From positions 24,626-88,625 of the forward strand of contig JAQULK010000001.1 of NCBI GenBank assembly GCA_028718635.1: a DNA stretch of 64,000 nt, given 5' to 3'. Made by a program: the position numbers and the translations under genes. This DNA is from Minisyncoccota bacterium. GTDB taxonomy: Bacteria > Patescibacteriota > Minisyncoccia > Phycocordibacterales > UBA9973. This document shows positions 63,992 through 64,000 of the stretch, piece by piece; position 1 is the stretch's first letter; each line of letters begins with the position of its first letter. Below the pieces are notes generated by a model. The model did no database searches. It had not been told where the DNA came from and worked only from the letters and a program-made list of their open reading frames with translations.

Positions 63992-64000
63992 AAATTTTGG

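Noticed and set aside
1-64000. Looked for CRISPR arrays (regularly spaced direct repeats), tRNA genes (T-loop GGTTCGAATCC-like, cloverleaf) and rRNA fragments
   Set aside because: All repeats seen are inverted/palindromic and irregularly spaced; no T-loop/acceptor-stem patterns or rRNA-like conserved stretches were recognised by eye. A tRNAscan/Infernal run would be needed to fully exclude tRNAs.

Overview
This is a low-GC (~33-35%) bacterial chromosomal segment. It is densely packed with housekeeping genes: recA, efp, rpsF-ssb-rpsR, metG, glyQS, ileS, argS, dut, tmk, glyA, pgk-tpiA, nusA, hppA, tig and a pyrC-carA-carB-pyrB operon. It also carries a type IV pilus-like locus (pilB, pilC, three prepilin-like genes) and a short accessory stretch at about 45.4-51.4 kb (DUF4143 ATPase, secreted proteins, a GIY-YIG gene, an AbiEi/AbiEii pair). 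Small genes, a split ComEC and many secreted hypothetical proteins suggest a Patescibacteria/CPR-like organism; this is inference. I found no tRNA, rRNA or CRISPR. The most striking content is repeat-based, and several structured, GC-rich or palindromic element families pepper the window. (1) A roughly 35-150 bp nested GC-rich palindrome (core CCCTCTCCTTAATAAGGAGAGGG) occurs nine times. Six copies are inserted in frame into conserved genes (recA, ileS, rnhA, recJ, nusA, tig), where they encode Pro/Ser/Gly/Glu-rich peptides. Two copies form perfect terminal inverted repeats around a DUF559 (Vsr-like endonuclease) gene, which makes that gene a candidate autonomous element. One is a 150-bp tandem composite in an intergenic gap. 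(2) Seven intergenic elements of about 100-150 bp have conserved inverted termini ATCCCGTTAGA...TCTAACGGGAT around an AT-rich centre, with compensatory changes in the inner stem. Each sits exactly against the start codon of one gene, and three of them also contain the upstream gene's stop codon. (3) A REP-RAYT-like locus has an IS200-like HUH transposase and three copies of a 27-bp palindrome. (4) Three smaller in-frame repeat families lie in comEC, pyrC, recJ and a pilin gene. Other notable points are an IleRS with an inserted histidine-phosphatase (RHG) domain, a T-box-like leader with terminator upstream of ileS, and a pair of about 95-bp structured elements flanking efp that show covariation. 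There are also DnaA-box-like repeats around the GIY-YIG gene and a 137-bp exact duplication inside a beta-propeller/esterase surface-protein gene.
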